Assembly (NCBI GenBank): GCA_964106915.2
Contig: OZ066915.1
Length of the DNA: 64,000 nucleotides
Reading direction: 5' to 3' (one strand)
From: Podarcis gaigeae
Taxonomy: Eukaryota
Each line of letters opens with the position of its first letter. Positions within the stretch are counted from its first letter, which is position 1. The translations under genes were made by a program, and so were the position numbers. The notes below the pieces were generated by a model. The model saw nothing but the letters and a program-made list of their open reading frames with translations, was not told the DNA's origin and did not search any database. This document shows, piece after piece, positions 1 through 22,400 of this stretch.

Positions 1-1236
1 CAGGCTGTTCTCATGGCAGTGATCAAGGCCAAGTTTAGCCATGTGAGAGAATGGGATCATCATTTCCACTTCACTCTTTCAGAGTCTTGAGAGATGTGCC
101 ACCTCAGCATTTTAACCTACTATTTAGGCAGGGCTAGAGACCTTTATAAGTCAAGCTGTTGCTTAATATTTCCATTAAACTGAAATTCCATGCATATCAA
201 CTGATGGTGGTAAAAGGCATTTTGAGCCATTTGGGTGTCCATGGGTAAAGCTGGATCTAAAAGCACCCATAAACTGCAAAGTTAATTCTTCAGGGGGAAT
301 TTCAGCCCCATCCCAGAGAAAATGAAGACCATCTCCATGAGCTAGCATATCCTCTGCTAACAGCAGTTCGGTTTTGTTGGATTTAACTTCAGTTTGTTGG
401 CCCTCAGTGGACTCCTTACTAACTCCAGAAACCTGTTCTGGATATCCAGTGCATCTGGATTAGATGAAAAACAGAAGGAGAGCTGAAGTCACCTCACTCC
501 AAGCTACCCTTGTGGTTTAACACATGTGGGACAAGTTCCCTGCAGCACCCCAGAGTACAAGTGTCATGTAGCAGCACCTTCAAGACCACCTTCTGTCAGA
601 GAGAGCCATCAAAGCATGATAGTCCAGGAAAATCTGAAGATGTGGTTCTGCCTGCCAGGTCAAGCCCAGAAGGAGGAGGTTGAAAACTGGCTGCTGCCTG
701 GGAAAGGCATCTTAGGTCCAGAGAGGATTTCTTCAGGAGTGGTCTCCCATTTCCTTTCTTCAAAGAGACCAGAGTCACATCTTCTCTGAGCTTCCTGTAT
801 CAAGTTGTTCATTCCTCTTTGGCTAAAAGGAATCACCAAATTCACCCATACCCTTTTTGATGAGCTACCTGCCCTATAGTCCCTAAAAATCTTGGCTTCT
901 GTGCTGCAAACAGCACACACTTTGTATCTTCTTCCTCAGCTTTGTCCAGCATCCCTGCCTATGTTGCCTATCTCTGCCAGTAGGACCTAGCCCATCTTTG
1001 TGTTGTCCTGCAACATATTTTCCAAAGTATTTTCATCACAGAAGTGGTGCCGCCTGGTGCCATTGTGCTGTTAACCCTTTGCCCCTTAAAATCATTAGGA
1101 TGTTTGTGGACATTCCTTGTTGAAAAATCTGAGCAACTCCATGAGGGAGTAAGGGGAAGTTCACAGGAGACAGGCAGCTATATTATATGTGTGAATAAAA
1201 CAAGGGTCCCGCAGCCCCGTCATTTCCTCTCACTAG

Positions 1237-1356
<120 letters not shown>

Positions 1357-1637
1357 GGTGTGCGGTGCACCCCTGGTATATGTGCAGGGCCCCACACCTC
1401 GCCTTCCCTCCCCCAAACCCATAGACAGACACTTGGCCTCACCAACCCTTGCTCTTCCCCCCTCTCCCCTCCCCCTGGGGCTCCTATTCCTAGCCTATAG
1501 GCAAGGCCTGGACAGCCCTTGCGTCCCTCACCTCATAAGTGTTCGACGTTCGGGGAGATGCTGACTGAGCCGCCCCAAGCCCAGGGGCAGTCTTGATCGG
1601 CCAAGGCCCAGCGTGGCACAGGGACCAGGCTGCACCC

Positions 1638-1643
1638 AATAAA
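1638..1643 (+). terminator. Probable FAM193B polyadenylation signal
   Basis: First AATAAA after the stop codon, followed by T-rich and GT-rich sequence (1648-1710). Confidence 0.65.
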
Positions 1644-4369
1644 GGACTTTTTAATTTTTTATTTTATTTAAAAAACCCAACTTTTCTGTTGTTTGTTCTG
1701 GCTTTTCTGGTCCCTAGGGGTGGTGGGCAGGGCTCCCTTGGTGGTGGTGGGCGACCGCAGCAACCCAGCTACACTCGGCATAGAACCTCTTCCCTCGAGC
1801 ACTCAAATTGCACTCACGGCTGATTCGCATCAGGGCACCCGGCGCACATTGTGTTCTCCAGTCTGAGAACCCTGCCATCTCCTTGCACAGTGTACAGTGG
1901 CAGAGCTTATTGGTGGAAGATGCAGCTCTCTTCAGTCTCCTGGAAACTGCACGGGTCATTCAATCCTTGGCTGCGCTACCCCACTTCTCAGGGAATGTTC
2001 TCTTGACCGAAATGCCATCCTGCAGCAACATTGTCTTAAGGAGCCTGCTGTCAGCGGAAACGCCGCCATGCCTTCTCAAGCAGGCAGCCTCTGTCACAGG
2101 GACAGCCAGCGTTTTCCTTTGCTTTCATAACAGTTGAGTTCAAGTCCAAGAATGGTAGATGTGCTCTGTGGGAGCCTATGGCCCTTCAGCTTTCCTGTGC
2201 AGATATCACTTCCATGTAGGTGGCTCCATCAACACCGACCATGTATGACGAGCGCACTCCTGTCTGTTTCACCATGATTGCTCCCAGCAGGACACCCCCA
2301 GTTTGGCTGCAGGCTCCTGCAACAAAATAAACATGTTTGTGCTCCTCACACATGGCCACGGATGTGTTATTTCCTACAGGGAAGTGATATCCACATGGGA
2401 AAGTCCTCTTGTGCAAAACAGCCGTTGTTGCAAATAACGCTCCACGTTGGCTCTTGCATCAGGTGGGGAGCATGACTCCATTCCTCCTCCACCACCAAAA
2501 GCCTACTACTTTGGACTGCTCCCGTTTCTGATTACCTCTCAGCAGACTTAAGCCCTGCCCATAAGGCCCTGTTTATTTCCCCCACTAGAGTTCTGCGCCC
2601 CATCAGCCCTGATGATGGTGGGGAGTGACAGCCCCGTCATTTCTAAATATCTGTGACTTCATAGCAAGTTGGTTGTGCTAGTAGAGGTGTACTCTTATGA
2701 TCCCACAGTTGCTCAACAAAGCCCTAGGATTGTTCTGGTGCTGGTGCAAGGACCGTAATAATCACAACCCATCTGAAGAAATTGTCTGTGGAAAACCATC
2801 ATTCCATTTCAGGATGAGCAGAGCTATGGCCCTAATCAGTGGCTGGCTGTCCTCGCTAAAGGAGAAACTGCCCCATTGCCATTGAGCCCGTTGAGTCTGA
2901 CTTGCACCTTTCCCCTGACAACAAAGGCAAACATCAGAATGCTGCTTGAACTCTACTGGCCTTAGCTGTGCCCTTGAATTTTACTCTGTCAGCCATTGAT
3001 TCTGATCTCCCCAGTAGCCCAGATGGGATGATTATCTTCCCTCAAGTGATACTGACCATCCTGCCAGGCCAGCCAGTGTTTGCACTTTGCTTCATGTTGC
3101 CTCAGCTAAATCTTGTCTGCACACATCCTTGTTCATTTGTCACATGCACAACAAACCTAACTGCAGCAGCGACTGAGCCCTGGTGGGTCTCTGACCCCAA
3201 TTTCTGGGGTTACCCAGGCTCTCCCTACTTTTGAGGGTAGTGCCCAACCGACATCGCAGAGGGATTGGGCCATACCATGCCGCAGACCACAGGCAGATCA
3301 ACTTTTTTGGGGTTTTATTAAATTATTTACTTTTTGATACTGTGAAATCTTTCGTGCTGAAAGATAAACTGACATTTGGACACAGAGTGGCTATGTCTGC
3401 TGTGTAATTGCTGCCTATGGCTAGCACTGGGGTCTCACCTCTGGCTTGAAACTTATTTGAATCCAGAGTAGCTGCTGGTACCAAAAGTCAACATGGGCCA
3501 CAACCCTTGCAATCCCCCTGGGTACTTGATCCAAATTGCCCACCTCCATAAATTTCCACCCCGTCTTCGTTTTGTCAGGAACATGTATCTGCGCTGCTGA
3601 AACATGGTGGGCACCTTACAGCCTGTACTCCAACCCTAAATGCACATCAGGATTAAATCCTGTTGGTTTCTAGGCATGGCATAGAGGGGCCTCTTTCATC
3701 TGTGATTCTTGTTTACTTCAGCCAGCTGTATAACAGGAATTTATTTGTAGCATTTTTCAGGAAGGCAGGCTTAATGCATTCATCCTTACGATGCCTGGTA
3801 AAGCAAGTCATTCTGCCCATCAGTCCTACTAAAGAACTGAACAAACTGATTTAACTTGTCTAAGGCCACCTACTAGGTACATTGCTAGCTTGAGCTGGAG
3901 GGCAGGTCTCCCAGTACAATGTTACTAAGACTGTGTTAACACTGTTGAGTGGGGAGTGATGGGTGGAAAGAAATAGGCACATTCCTCAGCACACTGACTG
4001 CCTTAAACCATGCAGGATGACAACAGAAGCCAGAATCCCCTTGGATTACCTTCTCTACCCATATGGAAGATATCAGTGATTGGGAGACACTGGCCCTGCA
4101 GATAGTGTTGCTTTCAACTCCCATCATCCCTGATTACTGACCATGTTGACTAGGGCTGATGGGAGTTGAGGCCCAACATAATTTGGAGGGCTACTGGTTT
4201 CCAAGCCGTAAATTATCACTACTAGCTCCTTCCCTGTTATAAGATCTGGTAGCTGCTAGCAGTGGTATTGGTAGTTAAGCAAACTGATATTTAGGTACCT
4301 CAGGTTGCCTAGGCTTGAGTGATAGTAGTTCACCATGCCATAGCGTTGAACAGGGGAAATTATCAGTAA

Positions 4370-4575
4370 CTAATGGCTACTAGCCATGGTGACTATGCTC
4401 TGCCTCTATGGATGGAGGCAAGAATGCTTCTGAATACCAGTTGTGAGAAACCACAAGGGAGAAGAGTGCTGTTGTGCTTGGGTCCACCTGGGAGTTTCTC
4501 ACGGGTATCTGGTTGGCCACTGTGAGAACAGGATGCTAATGGGCCATTCGCCTGATTCAGCTGGCTCTTCTTTAC
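4370..4575 (+). mobile_element. Degraded CR1-type LINE 3' UTR fragment
   Basis: aatggctactagccatg...ttggccactgtgagaacaggatgct...ctggctcttct resembles squamate CR1 3' ends. Confidence 0.5.
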
Positions 4576-4769
4576 TCTGAGGAAAGTATGTACTGATATA
4601 TTTTGCATTCTTTTAGTCTAACCTTTTTATCTAAATGCTTATCGTGCTTGGATCCCCCCCCCCCCACACCAGTGATGTGAGGACTGGAGGAAAAAAGTGA
4701 GTTAAGGAAACACAGCTGGAGCAATGAGAGATAAATTGGCAGAATTAACTTGCTAGTTTAAGCCAAACA

Positions 4770-5450
4770 TGCATCAGTTCAACAGCATTATTTGTCCAAC
4801 AGCAGCCAGTCAGATGCCTCTGGGAAGCAACAAGTGGGGCATGAAAACAACAGCTGCACATCGTTTGTCTTCTGAAAGTTTATTGCCCCTGAAGATCAGT
4901 AGTCTATTCTCTCTTAATTTGTCTAATCTTTTTTTAGGCTATCTAAACCAAGGTGAAGAGAATCCTATATTAATTCTACATGATGTGAAACTTCCTTTCA
5001 TATTTCCTGAATGGTCAGTTTCACTGTGTGACCTCTGCAACTAGTTTTGTAGGAGAAGGTAGAGAATTATCGCTACTCTTTCAGTGCCACCCACAGTCTT
5101 CTAAGCTTCTATTGTCACACCCCAGTTCTTTTTTCTGAACTAAAAAAAATCCAGTCACCTTGCCTTACCACATTGTTAAGGTGCTCCAACACTTTTGTAT
5201 CAGTTGTACAAGGAGCTATATTCAACTAGTGCTAGCAGGAGCCAGTGCAATAGGGCTTTCCTACTTTGGCCCACAAATCGGCTCTGGGGGATCAGGAGAA
5301 TCCCCAAAACAAGGGAAGGAGAGAGTGTTCCATCTTGCAAGCGGAAATGCTTGAGCTGACAGAAGAACCATGTTAGCATGACATTGAATTCCACCCATCA
5401 AGTGTCACCTGCCATTTTGTTGTCTATTCAGCGAGTTTGGTGAGCTAGTC
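4770..5450 (-). mobile_element. Highly degraded CR1-type LINE remnant
   Basis: Antisense CR1-like motifs (cagatgcctctgggaagc, gtctaatct, tgccattttgttg). No ORF remains. Confidence 0.35.
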
Positions 5451-7284
5451 ACAGTCTCCGAGGGAGTATACCACTCTGAATAACTTACAGTGCAGTCCTA
5501 TGCACATTTACTAATAGGTTCTCTTGTACCAAGTGGGGCTCACTCACTAGCAAGTCTGTTTAGAATGGCACCTGCAAATCCTAGATCAAGGTCTCCAAAA
5601 CTTCCTTGCTGGTCACAGGCATATTTCTGGACTTGATGGCACAAGCCTGAAACAGGATGGTACAGAAGGAGTTAATATATACCAGGTCAGGCTATCTGTG
5701 CTTCTAGTTCAGTATTGTATTTGGAATGGCAGTGGCTCCTCAGTATCTCAGGCAGAAGTGCTTCATATTACCTGCTACCTCATAACTGTAGGTGCCAGAA
5801 TTTAAACACAGGACCTTCTGTGTGCAAACGATGTTTTCTACTGCTAAGTTGTGGTTCTCCCCACACCCCAAACAACCATCTGCTGTGTATTTTTTTTAAA
5901 AGGCACAATGCCAGAATGAGTTAAATAATGGAACTGAGCTGCATTCCCAATCTTTTACATTACTGGCTAATGTAATTTACCATGTGTCATCCACAATTAT
6001 TTCCCCTCAAAGTACCGTAATTCAGAAAACCCATGCCAATTTTGCACGCCTTTGATTTTTGCTGATACATGCACCTACTTGAATCTATTTTTGTCTCTAG
6101 TCAATCTATGTAAGATGCAACATTGCTGAATAAGGTATTTCATGTACAAATACAGACTGATAAAATCAACCTGAGATTCAGGAGTCACAAGAAAGACAAA
6201 TCAATATTTTTTTATTTGTATGCTAACATATCATACAAGCACTTGTTTCAATCTCATAAAATAAGGTGTTGAACACCAGAGAGATGGGAAACTGATCTAT
6301 TTGCTGCCCTGTTTAAATCTACAGCGATAATTTATTCTGTCCTCAGTTACACAGAATTGGACCATTTCTTTATTTTACTTCTTATCCTTTTGAACATATT
6401 TTCTGATATTTTAATGTTGTAGATTAGAAACTCCATTCCATTTTGCACTGTTACTGCACTACTAATGGTTCCATCTGGCTTGAAAAAATCACCATCAGGA
6501 GATATGATACCGGCACTGGAATGCCATTTTTTAAAAAATTAAAGCATTTTTATGCTACTGTTAAGCTTAAAGGGACACCAGAGAAGCTTACAAAAAACAA
6601 TGGTAAAAATATGTGACATAAACACCACGGAGATAAGGAAGTGGTACTAAGTCAGCGGCGAAAACACCTTCACAGTAACAGCGATAAATACGATGGTACA
6701 TACTCAATGGAAAGAGAAGGCACTCTGCACACGCTTAAGAGCAAATGACATTTACAGGAAAGACGCGTTGCCCGATCCAGCGTCAGCTCTCTAAGGCAAT
6801 ACCAGCACCTGAAAACGGGCAGCTGCGTCTCAAAAACTACAATCTAGTAATCCCCAACAACGGCTCCCCTAAAACGCTGTCGCGGTCTTGGTGTACTAAC
6901 AGCACGGCGAACCTGTGGGATAGTGTAAAAGTCCAAGTCCTTTTAGCAGGAATTTCACCGATAATCACCCAGAATAATCCATTTATTTGAGGGGCGATTG
7001 TATGGGGGGGGGGGGCGGAGGGAGATCCCAGTAACCCGAAATGAATGCGATGAGAATTAAACGATCTCGTAAGGCGACTCCCACCCAAGTCTAGAGCGCT
7101 TTCCCCTGCCTAGTTTGTCCCTCGGCGCCTCCCGTCTTGCGCATGTCCTTTCCAAGGCCGTGCGGGGGCACGGTTGCTTAGCGACGCAGGCCTTTGCGCG
7201 CACGTGTCCCTAGCGCCGGTTCCCATTGGCTCTGCGCGTGTTGTCGTGCGGGAAGAGTCGGCGAGAGGGGACTGCGCTGAGAAC

Positions 7285-17916
<10,632 letters not shown>

Positions 17917-18597
17917 AGATGCTGCCATTGGGACCAGCAAAGAAATGGACTTTGCTGCTTTGGAAGGGCAGCTCTGCTCAAATCCCGCTCTAGCATACTG
18001 TTGCCAGCTGGAGTGGGAAAAAGACATCACAGTGGACTTTGTGCATTTGGGAAGCCTAGTGCTTCTTTGTCACTGTGGCAGTTGCTGATCCTGCCGTGGG
18101 ATGGAATGGGAGATGCATATAACAGGATGACTCGTGCTTGTTTGGTGCAGGAGTTTGGTTTGGGCACTGCAGGATGGGAATAGATAGGAGGCGTGTCCTC
18201 TCTGTTTTAAGCAGGCTCGACACTTTTTTGCTTGAAAGCAGCAGGGCAGTGATGCAATAGGCCATTGCGTCAGTAACTACGGTTAGGCTGTGTTGGGCAA
18301 GCGCTGTTGTGCTTGGCAAGTCCTGTGCTGCTCCATTCCCCAGCTCCGGTAGTGGTTTCCGAGACATTCTGCGCCCCCTCTCAGAGAGGGACGTTCAGCC
18401 TTCTCTGTGTGACCCCACCTGTCTGTCCCCAGCCCCATCATGTGCCTCTGGCTGGCCCACTCTGCAGTTGCCCTGCAGCTGCCGGAAGAGAAAGCTGTTA
18501 ACCCACCAACGCTCATCAAGGCAGAAGTCCCCTGGGAGAGCCTGTGTCTCCTGGGACGGCTCTGCCTGTTGCAGCTCCCTATGTGCATGTAGGCCCC

Positions 18598-18653
18598 AAA
18601 GAGGAAGTTAGCAGGCAGAGGAAGTTGCCAGCGCTATCGTACATACTGACTCA
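18598..18653 (+). promoter_or_regulatory. Candidate DOK3 promoter: two PU.1/ETS sites plus AP-1
   Basis: AAAGAGGAAGTT at 18598-18609, CAGAGGAAGTT at 18616-18626 and TGACTCA at 18647-18653, 80-135 nt upstream of the DOK3 ATG. DOK3 is a B-cell/myeloid gene. Confidence 0.6.
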
Positions 18654-18733
18654 TCCCTGTGGCAGCCACAACGGCTTGTGGAGCCTGCAGACTGCCTCGC
18701 TCCTCACTGGGCTGCCCCTTCGGAGCCTGCCCC

Positions 18734-18790
18734 ATGGAGTGTCCCGTGAAAGATGGGATCCTATATATCCAGCACCCCAAATTTGGGAAG
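18734..18790 (+). CDS. DOK3: DOK3 coding exon 1
   Basis: MECPVKDGILYIQHPKFGK with donor AAG|GTAAAT. Matches the DOK3 N-terminus (human, from memory, TPIKDGILYQQHVKFGK) and joins in frame to 22155. Confidence 0.92.
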
Positions 18791-19402
18791 GTAAATGCGT
18801 GTGTGTGTCTGATTTGGTGGGTGGAGTGTCTGGCCCCAGAGAGCCTTTGCTGTATGGGTGGGTAGGTTCAGTGGGAATTTTGGGTCTCGTCAAATGCAGG
18901 GGAGCATTTTTCCTAGCTTTTCCTTCTTTAGGGCCTGAGATTACACCCTCTAGTGCAAGAGCGTGCCTGCAGGAGCTGTCATTGCTTGGCGTCTTTCCCA
19001 CCTTCTGCTTTCTCATGTTACTGTATTGTGAATTTACAGCCAAACTGAATGTAAATAAACTCAATAACAAATTAAAATGCTATATGAAATAAGGGGTGTA
19101 CCTGAAGCAAGGTGTGTGGGAGAGAGAGGCAGGGAGAGACACACAGAGAGAGCACATAAAATAAGTAGAATTGGCCTGAAACCGCCACTGAGCGTGAGTG
19201 TGCAGGGGTGGTCCTATGGGGTTCTGCCTTTTAAAAGTGGGGCCCCCAGTGCCTGGTTTTTCTCTTGCTGCAGGAGGTTTCTAGAGAACTGGGCGCTTGT
19301 ACTTTGGCCCATTTATAGTTTGTTGTCAAGGGACTTGCTTGACCAAGGCAGCCATGTTACTGTGTCCTATCTCTTGGGGTTGGGGATTGACCTGGATCTA
19401 TT

Positions 19403-19461
<59 letters not shown>

Positions 19462-22400
19462 GATCAAGTATCATGTTGCAGGTGTTAGTGAACTCAGCTG
19501 AAGCCTCAAGCTCCCCTATGGTGGAATTGGCTGTGGTGCCAGAGCCCCCTCGGTGCCTGCCCATGTGCAGCGGATATGGCAAGGTGGCTGAAAAGAAATG
19601 GCTCAGTGGTTCTCTCATTTTCGGTCACCTGCCTTTTTAACGTCCAGGGCTAGCAAATGACACCACCCACACCGAAAGGCAGTCACAATTAGATATTTTT
19701 GCATTCCTTGGAGGTGTTCAAAAAGTATTTCTTAACATTTCCTCTGTAAGTAGGTCAATATTCTCCCCACACTCCCCCCCCCCCCAATAACTCCTGAGGC
19801 CACACAACAAGCTAAGGTTTGAAATGAGGCCTTTTTGACTCTCGGCTTATGCTCTTAATCACTCTTCTACATCCATCGCACATTGTTAGGAAACCTGGAT
19901 CGCAAAAGTGGCTATATTGTTTTGTGACAAATGGCTACTAGCAAAGCGAGACTGAAAATGTCTGCAGCTGATATATGCTAAGGTCTAAAGGGTTCAGGCA
20001 GTATTGCTGACCTGCTATCTTGTTCTTATTACTCAGCAAACTTGACTTTACGGAAGTAGCCATAGTTACTCCCCATGGGCACTGGGAAGGTATCCTCTTC
20101 CCCCTGTCTAAAATGAACACTGTAGGGTAGAGGGAAGAGAGAATCAGCCCTGTGGGTGTCTTCCATATTTGGTGCTGACATCCTTCTTAGTCCTCCTTGT
20201 CACAAGAGTAGATTGTGAGATAGAGCTTCGCCCGCTGATAATACCAGGCCTGCCTTGTATTCTTCTGGCAAGTAAGACTCTGTACTAACCAACCACTTTA
20301 AATAACAAACAAACCCAACCTACCACCATCCAAAGCCTGCAATGTCATCACCAGAGGCACATAAACTCTGGCTGAGCTTGGGAGCCGAGCCAACCATTGT
20401 TTCTAGCCACTGCTAGATTGACTTTCTTACTACTTGCTCCAAAGAGACAAAGTGTACCTGCCACCCAGTAAGGGGGGTTAACAGAGGAGTGCTGTGCATG
20501 TGTGCATCCATGCTTGGCTGCTTGCAATAACACCTCCAATCGGGTGCTAGGACGCACATCTTTTAAAAAAAGATGTTTTGGCACATCTCCACTGCTTAGA
20601 TTTATTTATTTCTTGTTAGATAAATAAGTGGAGTTTTTTTTCTCATGGGCCAGCCAGGTTGACATATCTGTTCTCCAGCAGCAACTTGGTGGCTACATAG
20701 GTAGACCTCAAGCTGGCATGCCATTTGTGCACTGGGAAGATTTGTGCTTCCACTTGTCCTGCTGTAGAATCCCAATCGTGAAAGAAATTGGACTGTTTTG
20801 AAAAGGAAGAGAAAGGGGTGTGGGGAAGGCGGAGTCTGGCGTTAGGTGAGCTGGAAGAGAAAAGGGCCACTATACCAACTGTGACTGATTCGACAGCTAC
20901 GGCTGTTCCTGGACTGGGAATGCCTTGCCACAGTGGTTCATGCGCTAGTTACTTCTAGACTGGATTCTGCTCTGTGTGGGGCTTCCCTCGCGTTTGATCC
21001 AGAAGCTGCAGCACCATATAACACCTGTGCTCAGAGATCTGCTGTGGTTGCCGATTTGATGCTGGGCCAGGTTCAAAGTGTTACTGTTTACCTACAAGGT
21101 CACCTTACCCCACACGTGCCCACGTGACCGCTTTAAATGGCAGAATTGGCAGGTGCCACATAATGCCTGTTCCACATTTGTAAGAATTTGATCATTTCAG
21201 GTGGGAGCGCCTACACTTTAGATCGCCCTGCCGCCTTCACTGCCCTTTTCAGTATCTGTTAAAAACATTGATTAGACAAGCCTGCCCAGATGCTTAGAAA
21301 GTGGACATCAATTGTTTTAACATTTTCACTTCTTTATGTTTTAAAGTAGGATTGTGAATTTTCCCGATTTTACTCTTTTATCTTTTGTAAACTCCTTTGA
21401 GGGTGTTGTTGTTTTTACAATCAAAGCAGTGTATACATTTTAGGAAATAATATAAAATTAAATATTATAGACCACAGCCCTGAAACCACTACTGGCTGTC
21501 AGCTTTACACATGTCTTTTGGGCTTCTGAGGCTTCCGCCAGACACTTCACACACATTTCCAGGCTTTCTTTTATTTCCATGAGGTTTAGAAACTTGCTTT
21601 TTTTTTAAAAAAAAAGTATGATTTCAGCAGCTGGCTGCAGGAGGAGGAGATGCTAAATTCCTGCACAGTAAGCCCACAACCTACACACATTTAACTTGTA
21701 TGCGTTCAGCTTTACGCACTTGGCAAAAATAAATAAAAATGGTTGGGGCACCCAGGGAAAAATGACTTTGGCAGTCTCACCTCCCATTGTACCAATGTGT
21801 TTTGACTATACACAACTTTGGCTTTCGGCACAATCCCCTGTGTAAATTGAGGGCTTACGGTATTTACACAGCAATCCCACTAATGCTTGCAGTGCATGCA
21901 GATTTGTGGCTCTATGCATTCAATTGCCTAAGAGAGGTAATCGCCAAAGAATTCTTCGTAACCTCTGATTCCGTATACTGTACTTCCACCTGCTCTTGGC
22001 AAGGACTCTACAGGGCAATAAATCCCCAAAGAGGATCACATTTCTGCTTGGGTAACGCGCTTGTTAAAGAGGCCTTTTCCTCTTCGTGTGGATTTCCTAG
22101 TGCAGACTGATTGTCCCTGATTGTGTGCTGTCACCCCTTGCCCCCTGCTCACAGAAGGTCTGGCGGAAAGTGTGGGCCCAGCTCTTTGCCGACAGCCCTT
22201 CTGGCATCGCACGGCTCGAGTACTTCGAAGGGCGTGAAGGGGCCGCTGCAGAGAAGGCCACCCTGAGGAAGGGCGAGCGGAAGGTCATCCGCCTCTCAGA
22301 CTGCGTCTCGGTGGAGCGGGCAGGCGAGCACAGCTCTCCCAAGGACACCACAGCCTTCTTCCTGAGCATGATGGAGCGCAACTGCTTGCTGGCAGCGGAT

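Noticed and set aside
1357-1500. Possible 3' UTR intron starting just after the FAM193B stop (G|GTGTGC)
   Set aside because: The donor is weak and several acceptors are ambiguous; it cannot be supported without RNA data.
18544-19092. 182-aa ORF after DDX41
   Set aside because: Out of frame with the real DOK3 exon and has no homology I recognise.
20163-20172. Perfect CArG box CCATATTTGG in DOK3 intron 1
   Set aside because: An isolated 10-mer; a few such matches are expected by chance in 64 kb.
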